From contig CM121341.1 of the NCBI GenBank assembly GCA_051530055.1, forward strand, positions 12,440,784 to 12,504,783: DNA of 64,000 nt, read 5' to 3'. Below, piece by piece: positions 23,075-36,013 of the stretch (position 1 is the first letter of the stretch; every line of letters begins with the position of its first letter). The translations under genes and the position numbers were made by a program. This stretch comes from Neoechinorhynchus agilis (taxonomy: Eukaryota > Animalia > Acanthocephala). Under the pieces are notes generated by a model. The model worked only from the letters and a program-made list of their open reading frames with translations, ran no database searches and had not been told where the DNA came from.

Positions 23075-24130
23075 ACGAGAATCTGAAATTAAAGAGTTAT
23101 GAATTCTCGCTACCAGGGGTAAGCCCCAAACTGATTGTTTGCAACCATTGACGGGTAACTGCTCGCTGCCTGAATCTCCACACCGAAGATTAAGCGCCCC
23201 CACGAAATATTCATTTAAAGTGTAATCCTTGCCAAGAACGGATTTAACTATTTTGCGGCTTGCTTCATACGATCCCAAATTAGCTAGCACAGAAATATCA
23301 GCTGCTTTTCGGAAAGCCAAACCGCCTAATGAAACAGGCAAGGACGCTTGACGCCAGGCATCGTCCGACGGCTGAGTATTTAAAAATTTCTCGAGAGAGG
23401 CTTTCACCGTCTCGTCTAATTTTGCCAGCTTATCCTTATCTCCGTCTACGAGCTTCGAAGAAACGCGTCCAGCAAGCGACCGATTTGAGTTTCGGCGGTG
23501 GCCACGCTCCTGGACACAATCCTTACGTAACTCGAATGCTGTCGAAATGCATTGAGTAAAATTTTTGTCAAAAGAACTTATTCGCTTTTTTATTTTTGTA
23601 GTCAGTGATCCTTCAGAAACATCACCAGCGGAAAACACCAGTCTAGTTTACACAAAAAGACGCATTCACGGCAACTCTGAGTTAGTCTCGATGCAGTCTG
23701 TCTATAAAAAGGTGAATCTCTTTGCGGCCTGATATCGCGCGCCCCTTGGGATTCTTTTCAGAAGGTTCCTGGGCAGAACTCGCACAATATTCCCTACAAA
23801 TGCAATTTCATTTTGTACTGGTGATAGGATTCTGGCGCACACCATCAATGGACATAGGGCGTGAACGGGAACCGCCGCGGCGTTAATTGCGGGGTCCATG
23901 GACCCTAAGAACTCCTGTTTTCGTCAGGGAGAAAATCCCATCACAAACCTCACATAATCATGTTGAGAAGCTCGGCCCTTGGCTGACGAAGTTGAAATAA
24001 TCACATTGACGTTATTCTCTTCACTTGGCTCGTTTTGGGCAGGCAAGTTTCCGTCTTCATATTGTAGTCTAGCATCCAGGTGCCGTAAGTGGTGGAGGCG
24101 GCATTGGTGTCGTCGGTGGTGGAGGCGTTT
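23075..24130 (-). mobile_element. CRE-clade non-LTR retrotransposon, internally deleted
   Basis: CEVCDGIFSLTKTGVLRVHGP zinc-finger-like N-terminus, LLKRIPRGARYQAAKRF, and RT tail WRQASLPVSLGGLAFRKAADI. Absent from hAT copy 2. Confidence 0.75.
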
Positions 24131-24496
24131 AAAAAGCAGCTCTTGGATGAGTATGGATTCATCTTTATTTGGGATCTGAGTATGTCACCCAACCAAAAAG
24201 ATTCAAAACTTAGTTTTTAATATGCAAGTCGTTCAGATCCGCATTAAGAGCCGTTAAGTGTTTAGATTAAGTAAACAAATCTTTATCTCTACTTTGAAAA
24301 TTCGAAAGATTTGGAAACTGAGAACATCCTCCTTTTCCTAAGTTTTCTTTGTACAGAAATGTTTTTGTGACAAACGCAGAAACTATGCTTTCAGTTTTGA
24401 TTAAATTTAATTAGTTTAAAATTAGTTTCGCTAAATTAGGCTAATGAATTGGTCATAGAGGCCATGTAATTTTCTTGAACTAATTAAATTGCGTCG

Positions 24497-27400
24497 TGTT
24501 ATAATATATGCCTGAATTAGACCTGAACTAGGTTTTATTGAGCCAACGAAACAAAATAACAAAACGAACGTGCGCACACTTGAAACCGCCCCTATCGATC
24601 GGTCAATTGTGACACCCCCCCCTTCAATATTGTTTCTTCCGAACGCGGCAGGACCTCCTGACTTCTTGTCCATTCTCCATGACATACTCCGTCCCCATTT
24701 TTTCCATTTCAGCGGTATCATTTTCTTTTGCGTCTCCTAAGAATTGAGGGTATTCTTTGCTCGTTTCGTTCTCCGATAAATCGCCTCAAGTGGAAGCCAA
24801 TCTTTGTGTGGAAACCAATTGGCGATGACCATCGTAGAATTCAATCAGTGCATTCTTTTCATTGGCGCTGATCAGTCTCACTTCGTTCACCTGGTCGTCA
24901 AATTTCGATTTGGGTTCGTGTTTCGAAAGTAAGCTTTCTCATAGGACTAGATCCAGCCCGGTATGGGTGAGAATATCTCACATCGTCGCAGGAAGTCGAA
25001 CATTCGCTCATGAGGGGTCTGACCAGTGCTCGTACAAAGTTGCATGCGTATTTTTGCGAGTGCCTCATGAAGTATATCGGACCATTTGCTTATGGACAGG
25101 TTCCTATCATTTAGTATTAGCTCAATTGTTTTCCAAATAGTTCCGTTGAGCCTTTCACATTGTCCATTTCCTTGAGGATGATATGAAGTAGTATGGCTTA
25201 GACAAATGCGTTTCGAGTTGAGCCATATGCGTAGGCACGTAAAAGAGGAACCTCGATCAGAATGAACATAATCGGGATATCCGAAGATCGCGAATAATTG
25301 AGAGAGGCATATTCTAACAGTATTGGCGGAGCAATTATGGCATGCGAACGCGAACGGGAATCTAGAATATTCATCGATGGCGACTAGTAGATATTGGTAC
25401 TCATTGTTCGTACGAGGAAGCGGTCCTTTGAAGTCTATTGATAGACGTTCAAAAGGTCTTGTGGCCTTGACGAATTGTAGACCTTGTGGCTTGAAAAACC
25501 TCGGCTTAACACGACAGCACACAGGGCAAGCGGCGATAACTTCACGGATTTCCTGTAAAGAGAAGGCAATGTTATTCTGCCTCGTATAATGCTGCATTCT
25601 TGTAACACTGGGATGACCAAGTTTTCTATGGTTTTCGTGGAGTCGTCGAAGTCTCGAACCATTTTCTCCGTCATATATTGCTGCGCAACTATCGCGTGAC
25701 AGAACGTCGGCTGCTAGATTTCGTCCGGCGCGATATTTCAATGTATATTTATAGGAGGGATGGCGACGGTCGAGGAAGGACAAAAGCTGGAATTCGGCGG
25801 GTGGTGAGTGTGTTAATTGTCGAGAGATGAAGATTGATTGAATACATGTTGTCTTACAAAAAAAAGTTCTAACTTCCAACGAAGGATTCGCTCGTTTCTA
25901 ATTTTTTTGAATGTTGTTGGTTCATCATGAATGAGATTGATTTTTGATTAGTGACTACAGTGAATGGTCGAATGGCCAAGAAATATCTCCAGTGTTTCGC
26001 AGCTTCAACTAAAGCATACGCTTCCTTTTCGACGATATGGTATCGCTTTTCGTGTTTGTTCAATGTCTTCGAAAAGAAGGCCGCAGGGCGTCCACTATGG
26101 AATAAAGCCGCTCCAACGGCGTTTTCCGAAGCATCTGTTTCAAGGACAAATTCTTTTCCTTCGTCGATACTATTAATCACCGCATTTTTGATATCGGCTT
26201 TTAGGGACCGAATCAAGATCGTTATTTCATTGGACAAGGGAAATTTTATGTGATTATATACCAAGAACTGAATTCTCTTCGAATAATTCGGAATCCACCG
26301 ACTGTAGTACGCGAAAAATCCCATTAATCGTTGAAGCGTTTTCTTGTCGGTGAAAGTCGCTATGTCGTTGAGAGGCTTAAGTCTGTTAGGGTCAGGTCTT
26401 AATCGTCCATCCCCGATTTCGTATCCTAGCACAAAAACTCTTTTGAGTCCATATCGGCTTTTCGAGCCGTTTAGTCTCAACCCTCTCTTGATCGCCGCTT
26501 CCTTGAAACGTTCAAGATTTTGATCATGTTCTTGTTGGGTCTTCCCACGTATGACTACATCATCCAAATACGAATAAGTATTTGCGAGTTTATTTTCGTC
26601 GATGATGTGATTCATAAAGCGTTGGAACACGGCCACGCCATTCGTGAATCCCATGGGAACCTTCTTGAATCGGTATAATCTTCCGCAAGCTTCGAAGGAC
26701 GTATAATTTCTCTCTTTGGCGTCTATCGGAACTTGATAGTATGCATCCTTCAAGTCAATTTGACTAAACACTGTATTCTTTGCGATATCATTAAGTATGG
26801 TTTCAATTTTCGGTAACGGGTAGGCATCCAGGTATGTAAACCTATTTATCGTTTGAGAAAAGTCGACAACAAGTGGTTTTTTGCCGTTTTCTTTTTTAAC
26901 CAGGACAACTTGAGCACGCCACGGCGAGTTTGAAGTCTCTATAATATCATCTTTAAGCATACGTCCTATCTCCGATTTGATAAATTGAAAATCCGTTACC
27001 AAGATACGATCTAGATTTCGTGGCGATGGCAATCAGCGCTCAAATTTTCGAAAAGGGTCGGACTGAATACGGTCTCGCTTGATGTATGATCGGTAACGGC
27101 GGCTGTCAATTCGATAATGTTTCCCTCTCCATTCAGTTTTACTCGTAATTCCTTGTGTAGTTTGATAAAGGGCAAGCCCAAGATAATGTCAGAGCATAAG
27201 TCAGGCAATATATAGAATTCTAAGTTTTCAATATTCTGCTCCTCATACTGTACATTGGTATAGGTCGTTCCTAGCGCCCGTCCGGATGCCATAGAAACAT
27301 TCATACATGCAGGCTCTGAAACAAGATTAAGTTTCTTCGAGGTGCTGTTGTCGATGAAATTGAGAGAGCTACCGGCATCGAGTAAGGTTTGAAACGTCTT

Positions 27401-28394
27401 GTTTTGAATCGTTACTGGGATTTCCAGCGAGGTCGGTTTCGAGGGGCCAAGAAAAACGGACGATAGTTCGGCCTTATTGGGTTTTTTTGGATCTGCACAT
27501 CTTAGCGAAAATCCTACTTTTTGGCTTAGCAGGACATAGGTTTCTGGGATGTTGCTTATTCCCACAGAAAAAGCATATTGATCCACCGGAAAATCTCTCG
27601 CTCTTACCTCTACCAGAATCAGCAAAGGTAGAATCAGCGACGGTTAGACTGCGTAAGCATTCGCTGGTTTTACTGTCATCGAATTGTCCCAAACCATCTA
27701 CCGCACATTGGATACTTTTCGAGATTGTGATAGCCTTTGATAGGGTCAAATCCTCGATTTCCAACAATCTTCCCCTTATGTTACTCGATTTGATCCCAGC
27801 AATAAATGCATCTCGGATGGATTCATCTTTGATGTCTTCTCCACTAGATGTCTTGAAGCCCCAATCACGAGCGATGTTCCTTAAGCTCAGGACGTGTTGA
27901 TCGATGTCCTCCGAATCCAGCTGTTTGCGAGTGGCGAGCAAATGTCGAGTCAATACAACATTTGGTTTTTTGACAGAACGCATCGTCAAAAATTTGGGCT
28001 TCCTCGCCAAGCTCAAGTACATCCGGTCCAATATTGGCAAATAGGTACTCGATTTTGTCATCCTTGTTCTTGACCAATTGTATGAGGTACTTGAAGTTCC
28101 TTTTCCACAATTTGAATCTTTTCGCCGAACCGTTTTCACGCGGTAACGTATTGAACCGTTCAATTTTAAAGTTGGGGTTCATTCTTTGGCATGAACTGGT
28201 TGAATCGTCCAATAGAGATTTTTCGTTCTCCATAGAATTCGAATAGGAGGTTGGCTCAATAAATTGTCATAATATATGCCTGAAGTAGACCTGAACTAGG
28301 TTTTATTGAGCCAAAGAAACGAAATAACAAAACGAACGTGCGCACACTTGAAACCGCCACTATCGATCGGTCAATTGTGACGCTCAATATTACA
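24497..28394 (-). mobile_element. Ty3/Gypsy LTR retrotransposon, full-length boundaries, frameshifted (gag-PR-RT-RH-IN)
   Basis: TG...CA ends, 5-bp TSD CGTCG (24492-24496 and 28395-28399), LTRs ~28265-28394 and ~24497-24614, polypurine tract 24615-24625. Gag CCHC CFFCGNKQHPRNLC, protease LLDAGS, RT YLDD, RNase H ETDAS, integrase DFKGP...HSDRG...ERLN. Coding is split across frames. Confidence 0.95.
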
Positions 28395-28741
28395 CGTCGT
28401 AAATAATTCTCTTTGTTTTCAAGGAATTCCAACATTAATTTGTGAAATACAAACAAACAGAATTTTTGTCTAAGAGAGATGCTTATATTTTAATCAGGAC
28501 TTAAACATATCGACCTAGGAATTTATTTATTTTGAGTTGAAAATAATAATAAATATTGATCACAATTTTCTTCTTTTACATTAAACCTAGTACGGACCAA
28601 TCCGTAGCAATGCCAGCGAACCCTGGGGGTTCGTACGGACCACTTTGGGAACGACTGCATTAGACTAATTTATTTACCTCAATCGTCTCATAAATCTGGC
28701 ATCGCTTCAGTGGTCACTAATATGCAATCTACGCTTTTCCA

Positions 28742-30235
28742 TCATTTCACCGGTTGTGTATCTTCTTCGTCAATTTCCTCTGCTACTTTTCGAACTGTTC
28801 CCTTCTTCGTTTGGTTTTCACTTTCATTCGCTTCGCCTATAATCCCTGTCGATTCATTGAGCAGAATCTTATAAGCATCGAGGATGCGATTTGGCTTGGG
28901 ATTTCTAATATTAATTGGAATTCCGTATGAGGCCATCAGTGGTAAGAATGTATCCATGAGGAAAACCTTTACTCGCTTCAGAGCATCGCTACTCAGTTGA
29001 TGTTGACCCTGAAAATCCTGCACAACCCTGTACGCCATTATAAATATTCTTGCCTTAACTTCTGCGAACGATGCGAAACTGAATCTACAATAGAAAAGCT
29101 CTGAGATATCTTACCTTTGATCACACCCCGTTTAAATCTTGAAATGAATTCAATAATCAATGGCAAAATCTCATTGATTTCGCTGTAGCACAGATCATTC
29201 CGTACATCGTCGTGGGTTATGTGCACTACAGAATCTTCTTCACTGGTGATTTCTATAATTTGCGGTTCCGCAGAAGTTGGCACCCTCGGTGATGTGGCTG
29301 CCGGTGGTTCATTATTAGTTGCTATTGTTTCAGTGCTTTTATTAGGGGATCGACGGGGTGATTGTCGCGCAAGGACGGGTTCCGGCCTACATGGGAAATG
29401 GATATAAGCCCACCGCACGACTAGGAGAAACTTACTTAAAATCAGTGTATTCGTGGACGTTTTCAACCTTTTCCTGGTGCTGATTATTAGACTGAAGTTG
29501 TCCGGGCATATATTGAAATTGATTCGGCGAATTTACTGGGTTTTGTTGGTCAATTGGACGCTGGATGCAAAATGCTTCCTGAGGTTGAATAAGCAGTTGA
29601 TTTGAAAGATTAATCACAGCTTCAGTCGTCGATTGATTTAAAGTTGCCGGTTGCTCGCGCTGGGTTTTGGCCATTGTAACGTTATTTTGTTGAGCAAAGT
29701 ATGGATAAGGTAATATATTGTGTTCCGGTCTCGAATGCAAATTTGCGGCATGAAGATTTGTGTTGAATTGTTGATTGCTTCCTTCATGGGGATTATATTG
29801 ATTTTGTTGTTGCTGAAGTGACAACTGACTCGCCAATTGGAATTGATGAACGTATGATGATTGATCTTGATTCCAAGCTGTATTTGGCTGATGAGTAACC
29901 TGTTGTTGTTGAAAATATTGTACTGGAAATGTCGCTGAAATTTGTGCACTTTGTTGTTGAAGTTGATTTGCTGTCAAAATCGACTGTTGATAATGTTGTC
30001 CTTGACATAGTTGATATAGCTCATTCGGCCTCTGTCCAAATGATTGAAAATTAGATACGTTTGAATAAGGCAAATTTTGTAGTTGGCCGGGTTGTTGCTG
30101 TTGCCAGCCGTCTTGCTCCTGCTGCCTTTGATCCAATAATTGACAATTTGAAGGGAAATTAAGGACAGTCCCCGGTGTATATGAGTTATGCAATGTATAT
30201 TGTCCGCCGTCATGGTTAGACTGTCCATTAGAAAT
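28742..30235 (-). pseudogene. Truncated copy of the Gln/Asn-rich gene at 38612-40636
   Basis: Essentially identical to 39040-40520, but lacks the ~535 bp holding the 5' end (40521-41054) and ~350 bp of the last exon (~38689-39039), which creates a premature TGA at 28742. Confidence 0.85.
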
Positions 30236-30633
30236 GATTGTTAGCACGTAGATTTATAAGTCCGTAAATGTTCTGAAATCTACCGAAATAGCTTTGCGAT
30301 AGTATACTTAATTAATGTTATTTTAAAGGAAATGATGTTGATACATCCAATAAAAAAATTTGGCCGTTTTACATCCATCAAAAAATACTGGTGCTTTTAA
30401 AATCAACTTCATTTAAAAATCATGCGGTTCATTACTTGATTTTTTCTGAATAAAATACAACTCTCTGCCGTTCAAAAGAATCATTGTATCTTTCATCTGA
30501 ACATGCGAATTCAAAACCTTCCACAGTGATCGCCACATCGATTAAAATTCAAACATTTACAACGATCTCCAATTTTTGGGTCTCCAATCCGATCTAATAA
30601 TATCCCTGCCTATATCAATCTCCCGGTTTTAAA

Positions 30634-31270
30634 ATGGCATCATATAATAACAATCCCCTCTTTTCCTTTACTTCCGAAAGAGGTTATTCATCGGAAATTC
30701 CTGGGATCAAAGAAGATCGGGAAATCATTCGATCGATCTCGTATTATGTTGGCAAAATCAAGATCCACTTTATAAATGTCAATTTCTCTGGTAGTTACAA
30801 TGATTCCGCCGTCAGCAAATGAGACTCCCTTGGCATAACAATTTCGAGCGGCAATTATAACTCCACGTTTCCGGTTTCCAGACTATTCCCGGATATCGAT
30901 TTGTCCGACAGAGATAGGAGTTTGAGTCAAAGCATTACTGTAGGATTCTATTTTTCAAATCGAGCAAAACCGGTAAAACCATTCCTAGAGCAGTTATCAA
31001 AGAAAACGTGGACACAAGAATTAAGGAATTGAGGTCAAATTCAGTTACAACGACATTTCCAATCAAACGACTATCATTTTCCACATTGCAGCGGCTATCA
31101 AAAATGGGAACATTGGTCCCAGAACTGTGTCCGTTCTGCGCTCAAAATTATTGCAGTGAAAAGTGCCCTAAATCCGTGAAATTGTGTGCGAACTGTGGTC
31201 AATCAAGTTATTTCGGGTTTGCAAGATCTTATCCGGAGTTAAATAATAACGCGTTTATTGAAAATACAAG
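30634..31270 (+). mobile_element. Degenerate gag-like ORF1 of a non-LTR retrotransposon
   Basis: Tandem decayed zinc knuckles CPFCAQNYCSEKC...CANCGQ; stops upstream. Confidence 0.5.
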
Positions 31271-31499
31271 GAAAGGTTTAGGAGGACCCATGTACCTTTG
31301 GGTCCTCATCCGTCAATATGGGTATATGCAGTCGAGGGGTGTCCGTTCAGGAGGTAATATCTGGTCGGAGAGCTGTCTATTCTGGTAAAGACTATCCAGT
31401 CGGAGACGGTTCGTTCGGGTGAGGGTGTGTCCGTTCGATTGAGAATATCTGGTTGGGTTGGAAGGTCCGTTCTGGTGGGAGTTGGTGTTTATTGCTTGC

Positions 31500-32004
31500 A
31501 GGGGCACTTGTAAGGTTGCTCTTTCCTCAGAATCATTTCAGGTTATGATAATCGAGAAGATTGGGCAGCATGGAAAAAGAAGCATAGATATAGGGAGGTG
31601 CGAGGTAAAGAAGGGTGAAACGAATTAGGATTAGGAGTATTGTACTTGCGTGAAAAGGGAGCGATATGTGGAAGAAATTGTGGTAGTAGGGTTGAGAGGC
31701 GTTTTGATCGTTTTATGAAAATAGCATCAAGACATTCGGTGAGAGGGTGAACTTCAGCTATGCAAATTTTAGATGCTCTTTTATGAAGAATTTCAAGACG
31801 GCGGATTGGCGATTTGGAAAGGTTGCAAAATACGGGGTAACTGTAGGTGAGAGGTGGTAAGATAAAGTAGAAGTAAAATTTGTAGAGGTCGAGTGAAGGG
31901 ATTCCTAAATGTCGGAGGCGTTTAAGGAGATAAATTTTAAAGGTGTTGTGCTTGAGGGACAGAGTGATGCGCGAGTCCCATTTCAAATTTGATTGGAATT
32001 GCAT
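31500..32004 (-). mobile_element. LINE (L2/CR1-like) ORF2 3' fragment
   Basis: IYLLKRLRHLGI...FY...ILPPLTYSYPVF...LEILHKRASKI is a typical post-RT LINE motif. Confidence 0.75.
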
Positions 32005-33125
32005 AAACAGAATTCTTAGGGTTATGTGGTCACAACAACAAATATCGATAAAGGCATCCCCCTCTCATCTTCACCGTTGTGCCAGGTTCCGGGAAACAAC
32101 TCAAACGAATCCGCCTCGCTTGATCCACAATAACCACGATTCTAATTTATCGTTAGACGCAAAATTATCTGACTTCACTTTTAACGTCTTAAAAATGGTA
32201 GATTTGCGAATTAATGGAGCTATCAAACATCTAGAAGCACGGCTTACTAAGCATTTTTACTCGATGTTGGCAGCAATTCAATGTAGTATAAATTGAGCGG
32301 AATCGTACAATACGTTTAATTCATAGGTGCCTAAGAAGCGGGTTAAGAAAACTTAAACGTCGGACATCACTATCGATTCCGCGATGGATGCCGATATGGA
32401 CGACAACGAAGAGTTTGTCAAGAGTTATCGTTGAGATCAAGCATTGCCGCTCACTCAAAATTCGCTCCGTAACATATTCACCCAACTCTTCCACCAGCCA
32501 ACTCTCGCAAACTACATCTCCTTCAAGCTCTTTCAAACAGCCATTTCTCTCCATTCATTTCACTAACATAAGAAGTCTTACCAAAAATAGATCATCTTTC
32601 GCTTTTAGCCACTACCGCCAACGCAGACATTCTGGTTATTGTGAAAACATGGTTGCACTCCTCCAATTCCGACATCGCCTGGATACCTGGCTACACGTCT
32701 TTCCACTCTTACAGAGACGAACGCGTAGGAGGTGGAATCTCCATTTTCATTCGGTCCGACCTCCCTTACTCCCTGTCAACTCCTTACCAATCACCATACT
32801 TAGAATTCATCCACACAACGCTATCTCTCAAACTTCAATCAGGCAGCCTAAATTTAACCATTATCGGTATCTATCGTCCTCCCTCAGCCAATCTACAAGT
32901 GGCATCGCAGGATATTGATGCATTGATGCAATGATAGTAATCTTGAACATCTAATCATTCTTGGTGATTTCAATAATCTTCCTACATCACTATCTCTCTT
33001 TGACTTCGTCCAGTTAGCAAAATTTCCTAATCGCCACGACTCACATCTCGGTAAAATCTTTACCAACATCCACAAATACAAGGCTGCTAAAAAATTACCT
33101 CCAATCTCGTCCTCAGACCACTGCG
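32005..33125 (+). mobile_element. L2/CR1-like LINE 5' fragment with AP endonuclease
   Basis: FTNIRSL, KTWL, IPGYTSFHSYRDERVGGGISIFIR, IIGIYRPP, broken by frameshifts and stops. Confidence 0.75.
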
Positions 33126-33139
33126 CAATAATCCTCTCT

Positions 33140-33670
33140 CCCTCATCACCTTTGGGCACAACTATGGCTAACGTCTACATGAACTATGTAGAACAGCGGA
33201 CACTGGATAGCACCGCCCAAGAGGGCCGTCCCAGCTTCTACACTCGATATGTAGATGACATCTTAACCATATTCAAGGATAAAGTAGACGTGATCAATTT
33301 CAAGAATAAACTTGAAGCAATGTCTACCTTGAAATTCACCATTGGTCAGTGTAGCAAGCATGATTTCTTTTTCTTGGACGTCCGAATCTCGCTACAACCA
33401 GGACAACCACTAGAAACCGCCGTCACATTTCCAGTACCTATATTGACTACGCTATATGCAAGTTGATAGACAGGATAAAGCAACACAGATACAAAACAAG
33501 TGCGACGATACACAAGCATATAAAGGATGGACATGGAGGCGTCTATACCTCAAACTTCGAATCCGAATTCAAGATCCTCTGTAAGGACAATGAAGCCACA
33601 AGACTAAGATTGGCTTAGGCAATGATCATCCGTCATGACAGACCCTCAATCAGGGTCAAATATAAAGAGA
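33140..33670 (+). mobile_element. Penelope-like element fragment (RT plus GIY-YIG tail)
   Basis: SPLGTTMANVYM, FYTRYVDDIL, LKFT, FFLDVRI (PLE RT motifs), then FKIL...RLRLA*AMIIRHDRPSI resembling the GIY-YIG C-terminus. Confidence 0.75.
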
Positions 33671-34849
33671 TGTTCAGTGGTCTCAGATTGCATAGCCAGT
33701 TGCACTGGCGCAGAGATAAAAGTGTGTTGACGTAATGGACAAGTGTGTGTATATGTTTTAATCTTCAATCGAAAAATTTCACCCATTCAATTCGGTCTTG
33801 TATGGGCGCCCTTCTTTGCATCTACGATTCTCTTCTTCTTTATAATCTCGATGCACAACCTTTATTCATATTGCGACAATTTTTAAAGTTTCTTTTTATC
33901 TCTTAAAGATTTCAGAATTCACTTCTCCTGACCTATCTTATGCCATTTTTTCCAAGCGCTACGCTAAAATGAAAATATTGATCGGTAACGTATATATTCG
34001 ATCCTAGAAAATTCATCTTCATCAGACTAAAGAAATATCAAAAAATCTGCTCAACGTCAGAGTCGATATGCTCTTTGGAGAAGCGCTATTCGCAGATCTA
34101 CAGATTTACATTAACTTATTTTACCTCCGTATCTTACTTTTACTGCCAATCTATGTTATTCATGTCTTGATCTTTGTTTTTTCAAGAAAACCTGCCCTGC
34201 TAAAACTGCCGTTGTTTCACAATCGTCTCTTTTCCGGCTTCCGGGACACGATCTGATCGCATTTAGCTTTGACAGAAATGTGCCCCTCCGCCGAAAGTTC
34301 AAATATTATTGATCTCAACATACAACTTTTTAACCCCTGCACCGATTTTTTTGCAATTACTGTAGGAATTCCTCCCTTAAAGAAATTAATAACTTTTTAT
34401 CCGCTACCAGTATGCCATTTTTTGCCGTAGCCCATCGTTCGGCCCCTGGGTCTCAAAAACCTAAACTTTTATCACTGTATGGGAAAGAGCTCCACGCTTC
34501 AAAAACTCAGCACGACAAGGCATCGGTTAAGTTGTGGGAATCGTAATATTGCCTTGTAGAACCCGTTTTCAATTAAGCCATGACTCTGGGACACTTTCCT
34601 CGCTTTAACCTTATTCGTCTCCATGGTGGAAGACCATCTCCCAAAAACATTTTCGCCCGTAGCGAACCGCCGCAGGTTTATAGATCAAAAAGTTTGGGTT
34701 CCCAAACATTTTATTCCTCTATTAGCTATGAGATTTGACTTAAAACTTAACGATATCGCTAAGTGCTGACCGTCTAAAAACTTATCCTCTAGCAACAGCC
34801 TTAGCTAACCCTTCAAAGCTAACTATCCGGTCCAGCGTATGATTTAGTC

Positions 34850-35705
34850 TTCTCTCGAACAGTGGGCCGAGATCAGCATGCCTAAGCGGATTTTCCTTAT
34901 AAAGAATAAACGCAAATCTAGTCTCACCGAACGATGTCAGGCCTTCATCCATAACTCTCTGGTGTCCATTTATGAGCGAGTTCTATCACGCTTTATTTTA
35001 AAATTTTCCCTGGAGCACAATTATATAGACCCTCAATAACATTCTGAAATCTAAATTTTTCTTTTTTTTCAAGATGATCCCTCCCAGGCTTTTTATTTCT
35101 AAACGAGGGGTCTGCTCCAGGGATAGCCTTTATCTTCAATTTTATTCTATTTTGCGTTTAAATACATTGTTCAGAACTGCACGGTCTGCCCTTTACTTAC
35201 ACTTTAAGTCGTTCTAAAGTCTAAGTCTGTTATAGGTAAACGCAAAATCATAGAATCTTTTATGTAGCTTTGCAATTCGAATTCTCCACTATATTACAAT
35301 AAAATAAACATTTTATTCGATGATTTGATGATATACTTTTACGTCTAATTTATCATGTACAAGTAATATTAGTAAACTTAAAAAGCTTTTAAAGGTTGCC
35401 CGTGTCAAGGCTAAACGTGCCTTTAGCCTTGGCCTCGGTCTCAACGCGACAAAAACTATCTGGAATGCTTGGGCTATCTCTGGCTCAGTGTTCTGCTACA
35501 GAGGTAAACCGTCAGGACAACGCCTGAAATTCCTAAGTACCTTTCTCAGCGTCCTGGCTGAGCTAATTTACTCCTGGGGACAGTTTCCTCGCCGGGCCAC
35601 TGACCGTATGTACAAATGGATTGATATCCCTGAAGATAGCACAATCGGATATTGTAACAGTCCAATAACTTCTCATGCCTTTGCTCCGTTCTCGAATAAA
35701 TAATA
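34850..35705 (+). mobile_element. Highly degenerate non-LTR RT (R2/NeSL-like)
   Basis: Remnant motifs RGLLQG*PLS, LFDDL, GLGLNATKT and MYKWIDIPEDSTIGYCNSP (cf. K.WL.LP.......Y.P). Confidence 0.55.
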
Positions 35706-36013
35706 TTATTACGGACGCCGTTGTTATTAGAAATATCAGTTGGTGTGTGAATCATGTCAGTACTGAAAACTTTTTTGACCTAGAGACCCTTTCATGTTGT
35801 TATTTATGTCGCTTGTCAAGAGAGACGAATGTATATATTTCAATTGATTAAATGAGTCATTGCCAATTCATTCTACTAAAATTTCATAGGAATTTGTCAC
35901 AAACACATTAAATGATTGTTTTCGTTTTGAACAATATGTACTTTCGACTCTTTTTATAGGTCGATGGAATTTCCTATTTTCGGTACAGAGGACGTCGGTA
36001 TTGTCGAACCCAA

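Larger units (their letters stand above)
22782..28657 (-). mobile_element. hAT (Buster/Charlie-like) non-autonomous DNA transposon, copy 1, with nested CRE and Gypsy insertions
   Basis: TIRs CAGTGGTTCCAAAACT and (revcomp) CAGTCGTTCCCAAAGT. 8-bp TSD CTTTAGAC/CATTAGAC with central TA. Internal transposase C-terminal remnant at 24132-24490. Confidence 0.85.
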
